A stretch of 63,940 bases of DNA, the filler included, from Craspedostauros australis (taxonomy: Eukaryota), in assembly GCA_030167865.1 (NCBI GenBank). It is 13 parts of 13 records of this genome, joined end to end, with 100 filler letters (N's around TTAATTAATTAA, not from the genome) between each part and the next. Parts side by side here need not be neighbours in the genome. Positions count along the whole stretch, not along the records: positions 8,101 to 33,207 come from JALAGF010001728.1; positions 33,308 to 34,757 come from JALAGF010001729.1; positions 34,858 to 36,270 come from JALAGF010001730.1; positions 36,371 to 48,154 come from JALAGF010001732.1; 9 more parts are not named here. The stretch is one strand, 5' to 3'. Shown piece after piece: positions 25,254 to 38,428 of the stretch; position 1 is the stretch's first letter, and the number at the start of each line of letters is the position of its first letter. The translations under genes were made by a program, and so were the position numbers. The notes below the pieces were generated by a model, which was given only the letters and a program-made list of their open reading frames with translations, ran no database searches and was not told the DNA's origin.

Positions 25254-26436
25254 ATGAGATCAGTTGCCATCACCACGCTCCTTGCACTTTGCTGCATCTT
25301 CGCTGTCCAAGGATTCGCACCACAGGCAAAGCAGCAGCAGCAATCAAGATGTCGCAACAGCCAGCTGGGGGCTTCGCGAAGGGCGTTTGTTGAGGCTGCA
25401 TTTGGTGCTGCCGCCTTCGTCGCCGTCGCCCCTGCCTTCGCGGAGGACTCGTCGCTGGATGATCTCAGCATGCCATCGGAAGCAGCTGACAAGGCCGCAC
25501 AGGTACGATTACAAACCATACAATGAGTTCTGGCTGATCTCTGCTTGTTCTTTCTTTCTTGCTTGTGTGCGAAACGGACCGCGCCTGACGTTGCCACGAC
25601 GATGGATCCATCCATGACGTGAAGTGACACCACGAATAACACAGGACCCTCCGGCGCTGTGTGGCACCTACATCGCAATCACCCCCTTTTCTCGACAACC
25701 GCAAGGACATTTGAATGCGTAACACTTTCTTGCGCAAATCATGACCCCATTTCATCTGAACTTGCACAACAAGGGGAATATGCATCGGTGTTGCCTGAAA
25801 AGGCAGCCGCTTCGTTTGTCGTTTCACGATGGCAGATGAAGCAAGCCGAGGCCATGTTCGCTGAGTTCATCTTGATTTTTCTCTAAGATGCATCTCTATC
25901 CCAACATGGTCACATATTCATGGCTTCATCCAATCCTCTGTCGTGCTAACAGGCATGGTATTTGGATGGAGCGATCCTCTATCCCATCACCTCATGGCTC
26001 TACTCGTACGAAGACTCCATGAGTACACACAAACATTTGCACGTTGCATCGACTCCATCTCACACTGAATGAATGCCATGTTTGCTTTCGGTTTTTGCAC
26101 TTTTGAACAACGCATAACTTATGCGCACACACGTTCTCGTGTTGGCACCGCTCAATGTCACTTTCATCGCACCCCTGCATCGCCATCATGATGATCATCG
26201 ATACAATAACACGGCTGCGCCGATATGCGCGTCACATGATTGCGATTGCGAACGCGCAGGACGCTGCTCTTGCGGAGAAGCTGCGAAAGAAGGCGGAGCT
26301 CCAAAAGAAGGCCGCTAGACCAGCCACATTCTCCGCCAGCCTCGAGGGTGAGATGCAGAAGAAGAAGGAAATGAGCGCAATGAGCAAGGAGGAGAAGAGA
26401 AATCGTCTTTGCGAGGAACTTGGACGTGGATGCTGA
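25254..26436 (+). CDS. Small uncharacterised thylakoid-lumen protein (about 141 aa); exons 25254-25502, 26260-26436
   Basis: Signal peptide ...AVQG|FAP, twin-arginine SRRAFV, AFA cleavage site. A 757-bp GT..AG intron joins in frame to DAALAEKLRKK...EEKRNRLCEELGRGC*. Confidence 0.75.
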
Positions 26437-26988
26437 TCAGTCGCGCCATCGGCCAGCTAAAAGCGCAATACTACTATGCTGCTCCAATGTAACAGAGCAC
26501 AAAAAAGGCATACAGCACTACCATACTATCCTGCATACTGCCTTACACCGCCTTTCCTGTTGGGTCTTCTATCATACTATGCACTTTGTGCAACATCGAT
26601 GTGCAGTGCGGCAAGCTTTGATCATGTTGTGGTAGGATATGCGTCGCTACAACTAATACTGCTCCACCATGTTGTATTACTCTAAACTCTTTCTCTGATC
26701 CAACGAGTGGCCCCATGAACTTGATGACTGCCCAACAAAGCGCTCTTCATAGATTGAGTCCGCAAAACTCACCAAGTACAATAGTACGTGCTTGATCATC
26801 AACACTCCATGCATTCGAATAGCGGCCCGAAGGCACTGCGATGCAGAGAATATCAACGTGATAGAGTGGAGCATGTAGAGTACTCTAGAAGGATGTATGC
26901 TACTCCGGAGTGGCGGCATTCTCCACCTAACGAGTATTGATGCACATGCTATGCTAATGCTATGTTCATGCGTAGTCGTATGAGCACT

Positions 26989-27471
26989 TCACATGATCTT
27001 CTTCTCCTCGTCATCCGAGAAGCCTCCTGATATGACGGCAGCGATGTCTTGCGACCTCATGTAGCTAACCTTCTTGCCGGACGGCGTCTCCTCGTCCTTC
27101 GGACCGATGCCCCAAGGATTCTTCGCCACCACCACGGCACCGACTTCCACACCTTCCGGCATCGGCGCGATGAGGCCGTTCTCCTCCTCACGTCCTGGTC
27201 CCACCGCCAGCACGCGGCCCAGATGCAACCGCGGCAGATCCTCGCCTGGCACAAACAGCCCCGACTCGCGCTCCGGCTTGCCCTGGATGCGCTCCACCAG
27301 CACCATGTCATAATGCGGATCGAAGCAACCGGCGATGGCCACATCCTCCTCCAGCACGAGGCGCCCCACGCCGAATCCGCCACCGTACTTCGCCTTGGGC
27401 TGTGGGAAGGCATCGCTCGTCGTGGCCATGGCCAACGTCAAGATGGATGCGAGCAAGGTTCGTCGTGTCAT
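26989..27471 (-). CDS. CPN10: Plastid-targeted chaperonin-10 (GroES/Cpn10)-like protein, 160 aa
   Basis: Signal peptide ...TSDA|FP. GroES motifs PHYDMVLVER, SGLFVP, GRVLAVGPGR, VEVGAVV, MRSQDIAAV. Confidence 0.8.
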   Translation of the reverse strand: MTRRTLLASILTLAMATTSDAFPQPKAKYGGGFGVGRLVLEEDVAIAGCFDPHYDMVLVERIQGKPERESGLFVPGEDLPRLHLGRVLAVGPGREEENGLIAPMPEGVEVGAVVVAKNPWGIGPKDEETPSGKKVSYMRSQDIAAVISGGFSDDEEKKIM

Positions 27472-28079
27472 TGTGAATGTGCTTGTTCTTGTTCTTGCGT
27501 GTGCTTGTATGCGCCGTATCTCCTTCCTGTTACGTTGTTGTTGTTGTTGCAAATACTCGTGTATAGTACTGCAAAGTGACGATGTGCTTGTGTATGGTGG
27601 AGGTGGTGATTATTGTCTTTGGATGAGGAGGGGACTTGCGAACGAGACCGCAGCGTATCAAGGCGCACACACCGCGCCATGGTCAAACGATTTTCTCGAC
27701 ATCATCAAGGAGACAACTCCCGACTGACGTGCGCCCATCAATCAATCGGCATCACTCTTTGCTTTTGCATCTTGTTGTTGATGGCAATACCGGACGAAGT
27801 CCAGACGGGGTGTCTCGGGAATCGACAACTTCGATCTACTCGGGACTAGATATCCCCGAAACAAGAGTGGCCAACCAACCTACCAACAAGAGAAATCATG
27901 AAGATCAATCCTCCCCTTTCCCATCAACGCCGTGGACCAACCATCATCTTGGCGACCACCACTTTCTTACATTTTTGTGTTTGCGTGTTTTGGTCCAGCA
28001 CGGGCGTTGGTTGCATCCAGCCTTCTCTTCACCGTCGTGACGTGCAGACGACGGCCACCATTTGTGAGTGCAAAGCGAG

Positions 28080-28128
28080 AGGCAACCCATCACCAACAGA
28101 GGCAACCCATCACCAACAGAGGCAACAA
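28080..28128 (+). repeat. Short direct tandem duplication (20-bp unit AGGCAACCCATCACCAACAG, about 2.4 copies)
   Basis: Seen directly, in the C/A-rich intergenic/5'-leader region upstream of Snu114. Confidence 0.8.
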
Positions 28129-28483
28129 CGACAACAAGAATCAGGAACAGAAGCAGGGCGCCATCACCACCAAAAGCCAAAGGCCAACCCAAAAGCTGAC
28201 AGGGGAGGAAGGCACCAGAAGCCTGCCCGTGGCATACCAAACAACACATACCTCACACTTGTAGAGTCGTCGTATCAATACACCTGCCAATCACATCACC
28301 AACAGGATCAACTGGAGCAGTATACCAACAGTAATACCAGCAGTAATACCGGCAGTACCAACAACAACTGCATCCATCCAAGATCGACACTTGAAGCACT
28401 CACTCCCACGACAACAACAGTCACGACAATACCAATCACGAGAACAAGCAGAGCCACAACAAGCACAAGCACAACAAACAACC

Positions 28484-31400
28484 ATGGCTGACGAGGAAGA
28501 ACTCTACGACGAGTTCGGAAACTACATCGGTCCCGACTTGGACTCGTCCGATGATGAGGATGACTCCAGCGACGAGGAAAAGCTGGACGAGCCCGATGAT
28601 GCCTCGGATGTGTCCGGGGAAGATGGCGATGCAGACATGGACGGCGGGGCCATGGTCGTCGCGGGCGAGGAGCAGCAGGACACCGCCGATCCCATCAACT
28701 CCATCGTCCTGCACGAGGACAAGGAGCATTACCCGTCCGCCGACCAGGTCTACGGCGAGGAGGTCCGCACGGCCGTGCTCGATGAGGACGCGATGGACCT
28801 GGAAACGCCGCTGGTGGAGCCAGTCATCAACAAGTCCAACCGCGCCACCTCCAACCTCGTGTCGGAGGAGGACTGGATCTACTCGGAGGAGTACCTCACG
28901 ACTGTGCTGGTCAGCAACGACACCACCCGCACGCGCCGAGGCGTGGCGCTTATCGGCCACTTCCACCACGGAAAGACCTGCTTCGTAGACTTCCTCCTGG
29001 AGAGGACCATGAGAAAGCCTTGGGGACCGAAGGCCTCGCTCAACGTCGATGATGGCGGCGGCCCGCGTTACACCGATGTTTACCAGAGCGAGCAGGACCG
29101 CCAAATGAGTCTCGTCAGCACCCCGATATCCAGCCTGCTCAGTGACACACGGGGGAAGAATTACTGCGTCACCATGCTGGATTGTCCCGGCCACACCAAC
29201 TTCCATGACGAAACTGTCGCTGCCCTCAGATCCGTTGACGGCGCCGTTGTTTGCGTGGACGCCGTGGAAGGGCCGATGATGCACACGGAGATGGCGGTGC
29301 GCCAGGCCGTCACCGAGGGCCTGCCAATATGTCTCGTCATCACCAAGATGGACCGCCTCATCGTCGAATTGAAGCTCCCGCCACGCGATTGTTATTACAA
29401 GCTGCTCCACCTCATCGAATCTATGAACGAGCTCATCGGACACGCCTCGCGCGGTCGGTATCCCAAGCTCAACCCGCAGGCCGGAAACGTCGCCTTCTCG
29501 TCGGCGCAGCACGGTTGGCTCTTCACCCTCGACAGCTTTGCGCAGATCTACGTCGACCACCAGACCGACGATTTCATGGGCCTCGGCAACAACCTGCCGG
29601 CCGAAGAGCTCGGCAAGCGCCTTTGGGGCGACTGCTTCATGGACCCCGTCAAGCGCACTTTCCACCGATCGTCGCGGGCCTGCTCCGTCAAGAATGTGGA
29701 GCGCACCTTCGTCGCATTCGTCCTCGAACCGCTCTACAAGATTTACACCACCTGTCTCGGCGAGCAGGAGAACGACGTCAACAAGGTCCTGCGCGGCCTG
29801 GGCATATTGCTCAAGAAGGAACAGCTGCGCACCAGCTCCAAGCCGCTGCTGCGAGCGGCGCTCTCCAAGTTCTTCGAGACGGCCAGCAGCGGATTCGTCG
29901 ACATGTTGGTCAAGCATGTGTAAGTCGATGTGCCTGCGCGTATTTATGCGTGTGTGTACGCGTGCGTGTGTGCGGATGGCATATCCAATTGAACAGGGTG
30001 AAGTCAAGACGACAAAGCAAACCAGATCGGAACGAATCGCTTGCCTAGAACAGACAGACAGCCAAAGCCACCTGCGCATTCACTCGGCGGACAAGCGTTT
30101 GATCAATTTCGTGTGATATCTATTGTGTGGCAGAGGGGGCACGAATTGGTGGAGCCTCGTGAAAGATCATCCCATCTCACTTCATTCTCGTTGTGCTCCA
30201 CATTTCTCCCTAATTGCAATTTCCTGGCGAAACAACACATGTGCGATTGAAAAACAATTGAAAAACACTCGCACAAAATGCACCAACATGCCAACAATGA
30301 CAGTCCGTCCCCGGCTGCCGCAGCCAAGGGCAAGGTCGGTCGATGCTACACCGGATCCATGGAATCCAAACACGCCAAGGCCATGGCAAGCTGCGACGCC
30401 AAGGGCCCATTGATGATCCATTGCACAAAAATGTACTCCGCACCCGACGGTCAATCCTTCTACGCATTGGGTCGCATCTACTCCGGTACCGTCAAACCAG
30501 GTGACAGAGTCAAGGTCCTGGGAGAGGCGTACTCGCCGCAAGACGACGAAGACATGGCCGTCACCACCGTCGGCAGTGTCTCCATCCCACGAGGACGCAA
30601 TCGCACAGATGTGACATCTGCAGGTCCTGGAAATTGGGTCTTCCTGGAAGGCATCGATGCCAACATCGCCAAGACGGCGACTATCACGCATGCTGGCAAC
30701 GAGAGCGCAGCTGCGGCCGACGACAGCGACGAGGATGATGATGAGATGTACGGTGACGATGCCATCCAAATATTTGCCCCTCTCCGCTTCCCGCAAGCTG
30801 GAGACGAATCGATCATGAAGCTGGCCATCGAGCCATTGAATCCAGCCGAATTGCCAAAGATGGTGGAGGGTCTGCGCCGTGTCTCCAAGGCCTACCCCAT
30901 GCTGCGAACTCGAGTCGAAGAGAGCGGAGAGCATGTCGTCTTCGGAACCGGAGAGCTGTACATGGACTGCGTCATGCATGATCTGCGACAGGTGTACGCC
31001 GATGTCGAGGTCAAGGTGGCCGATCCTATCGTCGCATTCCGAGAGACCGTCATTGAGACAAGCAGCATCAAGTGCTTCGCCGAGGTAGGTCGATCGTTGC
31101 GATTGATGTTCCTGCTGTTGTGTCTGTTGGCGTTGGCATTGGCATTGGTGCTCGTGTGTCTTCTGTGTTGCGTTGTAACATATTTTCGTTGTTGCGAGAC
31201 ATATTCTGCGATCCTTAAATATGCATCACCCTCACACGTCCACTCCTATCTGAATGATTATCTCATTACCAATACCCATCGTATCATTGCATCTGCAATA
31301 ATCGTCGCCTATCAAAACAACGATAATTTGACGACAGACCGCAAACAAGCGCAACAAGCTGACTTTCATTGCCGAACCATTGGATGATGGGCTTGCGGAA

Positions 31401-32530
31401 CGTTTGGAATCTGGAGCCGTCAGCCTGGATTGGGACAAGAGAAAGGTAAGAGGCACATGTTGCTCTTCTGTCACCATCCGCAAACTGTTGTTTTGCAGAA
31501 TTGCAAACAGAAGAACGCCATTGAATGCAGGGCGCTTTATCTTCTGGATTGTTTTCGACGACACCAATTCCAATCACTCACACCGTGCCTTTGTCTATTG
31601 CTCCATCTCTCCGTCCATATCCAATCCACCATTCAATGGCATTCTATCCACTATCCACGCCAATTCGTTGCCATTGCCAATATCAATATCAAAACGCATA
31701 TCAATTCATACATACCAACTTACGCATTGCAGCTGAGCCGCTTCTTCCAAAGTCAGTACTCTTGGGATTTGCTGGCCTCCCGCTCCGTTTGGGCATTCGG
31801 AGATTCGCCAACGCGTGGCGCAAACATTCTCATGGACGACACGCTCCCCAGCGAGGTTGACAAGACACTCCTGAGTTCATGCAGAAACAGCATCGTGCAA
31901 GGCTTCCGTTGGGCGACCCGTGAAGGACCGTTGTGCGAGGAGCCTGTGCGTGCAACCAAGCTGAAAATCCTCGACGTGTCTCTGGCTGACAAGCCCATCC
32001 ATCGTGGCGGTGGGCAGATCATCCCAGCCGCACGTCGCACTGTGCATTCCTCCCTGCTGACGGCCACACCCAGGTTGATGGAACCAGTTTACCGCTTGCA
32101 GATGCAATGCCCCGGTGAGATCGTGGATTCCATCCAATCCGTGCTGAAGAAACGCCGCGGGCACATTGTGCAGGACAGAGCCATCCCAGGTTCCGTGCTT
32201 TACAGCGTGAAGGGATACATCCCGGTGCTGGACAGCTTCGGTTTTGAAACCGACTTGCGCACCTACACCCAGGGACAGGCCATGGTGCATTCAGTCTTCG
32301 ATCACTGGGCCGTCGTTCCAGGGGATCCGTTGGACAAGAACATCATCATCCATCCATTGGAGCCGAGCCCGCCAAAGGCGCTTGCCAGGGAACTTCTGCT
32401 GAAGACCAGAAGGAGGAAGGGATTGAGCGAGGATGTCTCCATCAACAAGTTCTTTGACGATGCCATGAAGAGCCAAATACAGACTCCTGAACCTGTGCAG
32501 GAGATACCTGTCGTCGATCCAATGGAGTAG
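28484..32530 (+). CDS. EFTUD2: U5 snRNP 116-kDa GTPase Snu114/EFTUD2 (about 1040 aa); exons 28484-29919, 30304-31084, 31338-31445, 31733-32530
   Basis: [137 protein letters not shown]. Three GT..AG introns give 3123 nt in frame. Confidence 0.96.
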
Positions 32531-33307
32531 GCAAGCAGTCTGCACCAGGGAGACTCTCCTGCAGAGTATTATGCTCTTGAGTACTTCGGTGGTCACTCCA
32601 CATGCTGTGTGTGTTACAGTGTCATGCCACGAATACGAGTAGTACAGCACCATACTCCACCATCGTCCCAGCGATACGTACGAAACCAAAAAACATGCGA
32701 GGAGAGGAGGAGTCGCATCAACACAAAAGTTCGAATGAGCTCACATACCAAACATGCGAAGGCGTTTAACATTAGACATGCTTTCGATCATCAACACCCT
32801 CCATTCGATGCAGAGTACGATGCTTGGGCACCCCCCTCTCTCTCCCTCTTTCTCATGGACACGCACAATCACAACGATGTTGAGGTGGATTGCGTTCATT
32901 TCATGAAATAGTGAAAAGCTGCGGCAAATTGTGCGTTTTACACAGTTTCAAGAAAACACGTTCTCTTCATCCACGACTTGATGAATCTATTGAAGGACAT
33001 AGTTAGGCCTTTGTAAGTCTGGTCGCCCGTGCGTTTGTGCGAGCCAGATGGCACGTGGGACAGGGCGAACATCTGTCGCGAAAGGCGAAGAATGTTGTCT
33101 CTTCTTCGCGAAGAACAAGCGTTCTGGAACACCCAACATTTTGTCCGATTTTCACTTTTCTAGATCGTGACCTAATTTACCGGGACTTAATACACTGCGT
33201 TGAGACANNNNNNNNNNNNNNNNNNNNNNNNNNNNNNNNNNNNNNNNNNNNTTAATTAATTAANNNNNNNNNNNNNNNNNNNNNNNNNNNNNNNNNNNNN
33301 NNNNNNN

Positions 33308-34757
33308 TGATGCAGGTCCGCACTGGGAATACGTATGTGTATACGTGGACGATCTCATGGCGGTCATGTCTGACCCACGCTCCTTCTTTGATATTCTCAC
33401 ATCACAGTATGGCTATAGGCTCAAAGGTGTCGGCCCCATCTCCTACCATCTAGGAGCAGACTTCGGAAGAGACAGCGACGGCACAATGAAAATCAGCGCA
33501 CGGTCTTACATCAAACGCATGCTCACGAACTACGAACAGATGTTCGACGGACCACCCAACAAGACCAGCTGCCCCATGGACAAGGACGACAGTCCTGAGC
33601 TCGATACGACNNNNNNNNNNNNNNNNNNNNNNNNNNNNNNNNNNNNNNNNNNNNNNNNNNNNNNNNNNNNNNNNNNNNNNNNNNNNNNNNNNNNNNNNNN
33701 NNNNNNNGTCATGACTCTCTCCCGTTTCCGTGCATCACCAAGAGCAGGACACATGGACAGAGTGAAACGCATCTACGGGTACCTTCGTAAATACCCAGAC
33801 GCCTCCATCCGCTTCCGAACCGGAATCCCCAACCATGAAGACCACTACGACATCCCGCAGCACGAATGGATGTACTCTGTGTACGGACCCAACCGAGAGG
33901 AGCTACCAGCGGATGCACCAACAGCCAAAGGCAAACCTGTACGTACCACGACTTTTGTTGATGCAAATCTCATGCACTGCAAGGTGACTGGGAAATCAGC
34001 AACCGGTATCGTGCATCTCATAAACCAAACTCCCATCGAATGGTTCTCGAAGCGACAGTCCACCGTGGAGACGGCCACCTACGGATCAGAGTTCGTGGCA
34101 GCACGGCTGGCAACCGAACAGATCCTATCCATTCGTCTGATGCTGTGCGAAATGGGAATACCTGTGGACGGCCCAAGCTGGCTCTTTGGTGACAACCAGA
34201 GCGTAGTCACATCATCCACCATCCCAACCAGTGTACTATCCAAGAGACACAACGCACTGGCCTACCACCGAGTCCGATCGGCCATCGCCGCTGGGACGAT
34301 GTACTTCATCAAGATCAAAGGAAACCAGAACATCGCCGACATCCTCACGAAATTCCTTCCACGTTCGGTTTTCTGGGACCTCATCCAACCACTATTGTTC
34401 TGGAAGGGCAACACCGATCCCAACCACAACAAGTGACTGCGAAAAGATACGTTTCGGGGAGTATTAGCACAACACTTTATTCACCTGATTCGTTTTCTGA
34501 TTAGTCTGTCCTTGTATGTGCTGAAACGATGCTTTCCTCAGACACATGATTTTCGGCATGAGGGACACACTAGAGAGAACATCAGAGATTCAGTCTGGCC
34601 ACCACCCGGCAAACATGTGATGTCCAATTCAACCTGATATACTTCCCAACTAAACCTGAAATGACAACACACCCGACGACCTCAAGCATCATCAATGGAA
34701 TGTGGAATCGACAGAGCCATGGAACGGTGATGAGTGACGTCGACACAGAAGACATCA
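33308..34757 (+). mobile_element. Ty1/copia (CoDi-like) 3' end: RT-RNase H ORF to 34436, PPT about 34456-34461, start of 3' LTR
   Basis: EYVCVYVDDL (RT catalytic), YHLGADF, FVDANLMHCKVTGKS, WFSKRQSTVETATYGSEFVAAR, LFGDNQSVV, KRHNALAYHRVR, NIADILTK. GGGGAG PPT, then sequence related to LTR family A (CCCAACTAAACCTGA). Confidence 0.92.
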
Positions 34758-34880
34758 NNNNNNNNNNNNNNNNNNNNNNNNNNNNNNNNNNNNNNNNNNN
34801 NTTAATTAATTAANNNNNNNNNNNNNNNNNNNNNNNNNNNNNNNNNNNNNNNNNNNNTTATTCTTGTTCGTGTGACACCC

Positions 34881-35000
34881 TGTGTGGGTTGCCCTGGAAA
34901 AGGGTCGTAGGGTTTGCGTAGCCCAAGTACCACAGGAGGGGCCCTTTTGTTGGGTTGCTGTCAGAAAAGGGCGTAGGGTTTGCGTAGCTCCAGTACCAGG
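34881..35000. repeat. Imperfect direct duplication of about 55 bp
   Basis: TGGGTTGC...GAAAAGGG(T)CGTAGGGTTTGCGTAGC..CAGTACCA occurs twice in tandem. Confidence 0.6.
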
Positions 35001-36179
35001 GGAAAGTTTCCCTCCATCAAGTTGGAAGCTGGGCGAAGGTCATCTTGCGTGTATTCCCACGTGGAACTGTACCGTGGATCCAGCAGTCTTGTATNNNNNN
35101 NNNNNNNNNNNNNNNNNNNNNNNNNNNNNNNNNNNNNNNNNNNNNNNNNNNNNNNNNNNNNNNNNNNNNNNNNNNNNNNNNNNNNNNNNNNNNNNNNNNN
35201 NNNNNNNNNNNNNNNNNNNAAACGTGGTTCAGACCGATTCGTGGGAAAACGAGTCATGTGTTCCAGGAAATCCTTCCTTAGCCTAACTGCTAGTTTAGCT
35301 CTATTACACTCTGACAGACCCCTCTTGCTCATCCACCAATTTTTCCATGGCGGTTCCGCCCATGTGATCATATCTTGCACTGGGCCGCTGGTTATCGCAG
35401 TGCCGATGATGCCGTTCGACAGCGCTTGAGGAGTTTTGTTGTGTTTCTCCATTGTCGTGTTGTTGTGTTGTGTTTGGTGTTCTCATTCAGTTTTTGCTGT
35501 TGGGGGGCAGGGAGATTAACCACAATTCTACCGAATGTGCCAACCAATGGGAACACTTTGCGAGTCCCGAATTGCGAATCCATTCCACAACACCAAAACT
35601 CTCCTCACAAAGTGGACAACGGAAACACTGCGCATCTCGAACCAGCTGCTCTTGATTCTCTGCTGCTTGCAGTTATAGCTTGTACAACAATGTAGAATGA
35701 CTGGGACCCTCCCACATGGGAGAGAGTGGATGATACAATGCACCTTGTGACTCTCCTCCAATGTTGCCCATGCCCCCCTGTGATGCACTGCGCTGTGCTG
35801 TGCTTCGACGGCTGATGATGCAGTGCGCTGCGTTGCTGTCCTCGTGATTCTGGTGTGTGTTGCGACGCGCCTTTCAACCTAACTGCAGCCTCCATCAACA
35901 CAGTACACATCATCCTGCAATCACTGTACTCTTCAGCTCGCAAGCATGATGCTCGCTGGTGACTATGTGAAGGTGACATCCCACACGGACTCACGTGGCA
36001 GGGTTCATGACCTTGGTGTGTGCCATGTCCAGTCGCTGATGAAGCTGAATGTTGAGGGCGCTACCATCAAACGTGATGGACCTCTCGCACCAGGAGAGGT
36101 GGCAATGGTCATGGTGACCCCAGTGATGTCCAGAGGGCACATGTACATTGTTCGTGAGGATCTGTGCAAACCACACAGC

Positions 36180-36270
36180 TGTCGATATGTACATGTGAGT
36201 ATATGTCGAGATGTACGAGTATATGTGCATCGTTCACCCGCTATTCTCTCATACGCACTTGGACGGTATA
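36180..36270 (+). mobile_element. 5' start of LTR family A, truncated by contig end
   Basis: TGTCGATATGTACATGTGAGTATATGTCGAGATGTAC...GTGCATCGTTCACCC matches 39636 onward. Confidence 0.8.
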
Positions 36271-38358
36271 NNNNNNNNNNNNNNNNNNNNNNNNNNNNNN
36301 NNNNNNNNNNNNNNTTAATTAATTAANNNNNNNNNNNNNNNNNNNNNNNNNNNNNNNNNNNNNNNNNNNNCACTGGCAAACCAAAGTGACTCACGAGCTG
36401 TGACACGTGACATTACAACAATGGTCAGGCCTAAATCACCTCCTCCTTGAAGAAGACCAGTGCGGCATCATATTTCAGTGCATGGACACCGATTGCCAAG
36501 CCTTTGCAGAGCTGCCTCGAAGATCTATGCTTACCCACCATGTGTAAGCTGGCTCTGCACCTAGCAGGAGCCAGGACGACTCTAGCAGAGCAGCTTCTTG
36601 CCATGACACATAGCAAGCCATATATGGAGGCCACAGTTGGTCCAGAGCATGGAGCATGGCTGCACCGTTCACCATCTGCATCCAACATCCTCCAGCATGA
36701 CCACACGCCCGGCATGCCTCACACGAGTCACTGCAATGGCAGCTGGCACTGCCACGTGCGTCTCCTGCATGTATGTAATACATGTACAGGCATATGTAAT
36801 GGCATGCAACCACACGGCAAGGCAAGACCTGCCAACATGATCCATTCCCACTGAATGGTTCATGTGGAATGAATGCAGCAGTACGAAAACACCCGGTGGC
36901 ACATAGTTTTGGAATACAGTCTATATGGTACAACAATAACAGAAAAATATCTGTACACAGCATGCATGGGGAGGAAGAGAGAAGCAACTTGCATTGTTCG
37001 TATGGTAGGCTGGACTACCATTAGTTGTTACAGGGTGGTGGTAAAGTGTGGATGCAAGTTATGGACGAAGTTGCAATGGAGGATGGGCTTGTTCTCCCAA
37101 ACCCAAAGCAAGTCACAAATACACGAGGAAAGCAACAGCAGAACCTGTGAAATGGCTGATTGCAACGAAGACCAAGAAAATTTGGAAAATAGCAACAATG
37201 GACCCACTTTCTATTCTTTCTGAGTCATATTTACAAAAAACGCCGTTTTCCCTTCCCCCCCCAGACCAAAGACGTCTCCGAAAGGAAGATCATAACCGAT
37301 GTGGCGAGGCATTTCGATCACAGCGCTAATTGCTATTTCAGGCCGGCCGTGTCGCCCTTCGCGCTTGGCCACCCATGGCCACAAACTGCCTCTCCATCCA
37401 AAATGATGCAAACATCGACGTGGATGATGACCTGAAAGCAGGAGTCGGAGTGTGGCTCGTAGATAACGCACAGGCAAAAGAATACGTATAATGGATCGTC
37501 GAGTGGCAGATGTGGAACAACACACTGCTTCACTCGTTTCTCTCGATGAGGAAGTTCCCCACCACTGGGTGCAATAGGTTCTACAGGCATCGAGATGGAT
37601 GGCGATGCCAAAGCAGGGCCAGGGTGGAAGAAGCTCGTACTTGTGTGCACAATGGAGTTGTCCCCGTAGAGGATGGAGAGTACACAAACGGAAGATGTGT
37701 CTGCGGCAGCTCCAAGATCATGTGCTACGAGTTCTCGCCTCTGCTCGTTTCTCTCGGAGAGGAGGTTCTACCTCTGCAAATAGATGTGGTTTGGCATTGA
37801 ACGTTGGGCGCGGTAAGCGGAGGTACCCTGAGCCCAGCGCGATCATACACATGTGAGATTATGGGAGATTAGATGATATACTCGGTACTCACAATACTGA
37901 AGCATAGTAGGCAATTACTCCGTTTTGTCAACGGAGCCGGCAAGGGACGACCGGTTTCGGGTGCAATCCTAGTGCATTCCAGGCTTCGTCGTCTGGGGAT
38001 CGTTTCCTTTCACTTCGCCATTTTCTGTTTGTCCAACAACACACACTTGGCCCACACGCTCCAAAACGACCAAAGGGCATCCGAAAGCGCTATCGGACAC
38101 CCAATCACGCACCACTTGTTCTCCACATTGACAACAAGAGGAGGTTCTCCGCCTTGCACCGGTATCCGACACGCACTAAATTGCACGATCACAACTTGTT
38201 CGTGAAGACATTTATGCGTACCTTCGTGGGAAATTGCAAAACAACACTGACGATGACGCCAATGGAGGGGTTGGAGCGGCTATTTGTTGGCATGGCCGGC
38301 TGTTAGGAATCGAGGGTACGACTTTGTTGGAATACCCATGATTGCCCCACCTCCCAAC

Positions 38359-38424
38359 ATTATTCGTCACATGTTTGAATATTATTCGTCACATGTTTGG
38401 AGACTATTCGTCACATCTTTGAAT
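38359..38424. repeat. 22-bp tandem repeat, 3 copies (TATTCGTCACATGTTTG core)
   Basis: Units start at 38359, 38381 and 38403. Confidence 0.9.
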
Positions 38425-38428
38425 ACCA

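Noticed and set aside
28436..30079. 547-aa antisense ORF over Snu114
   Set aside because: A shadow ORF from GC3-rich codon bias, with no recognisable motifs.
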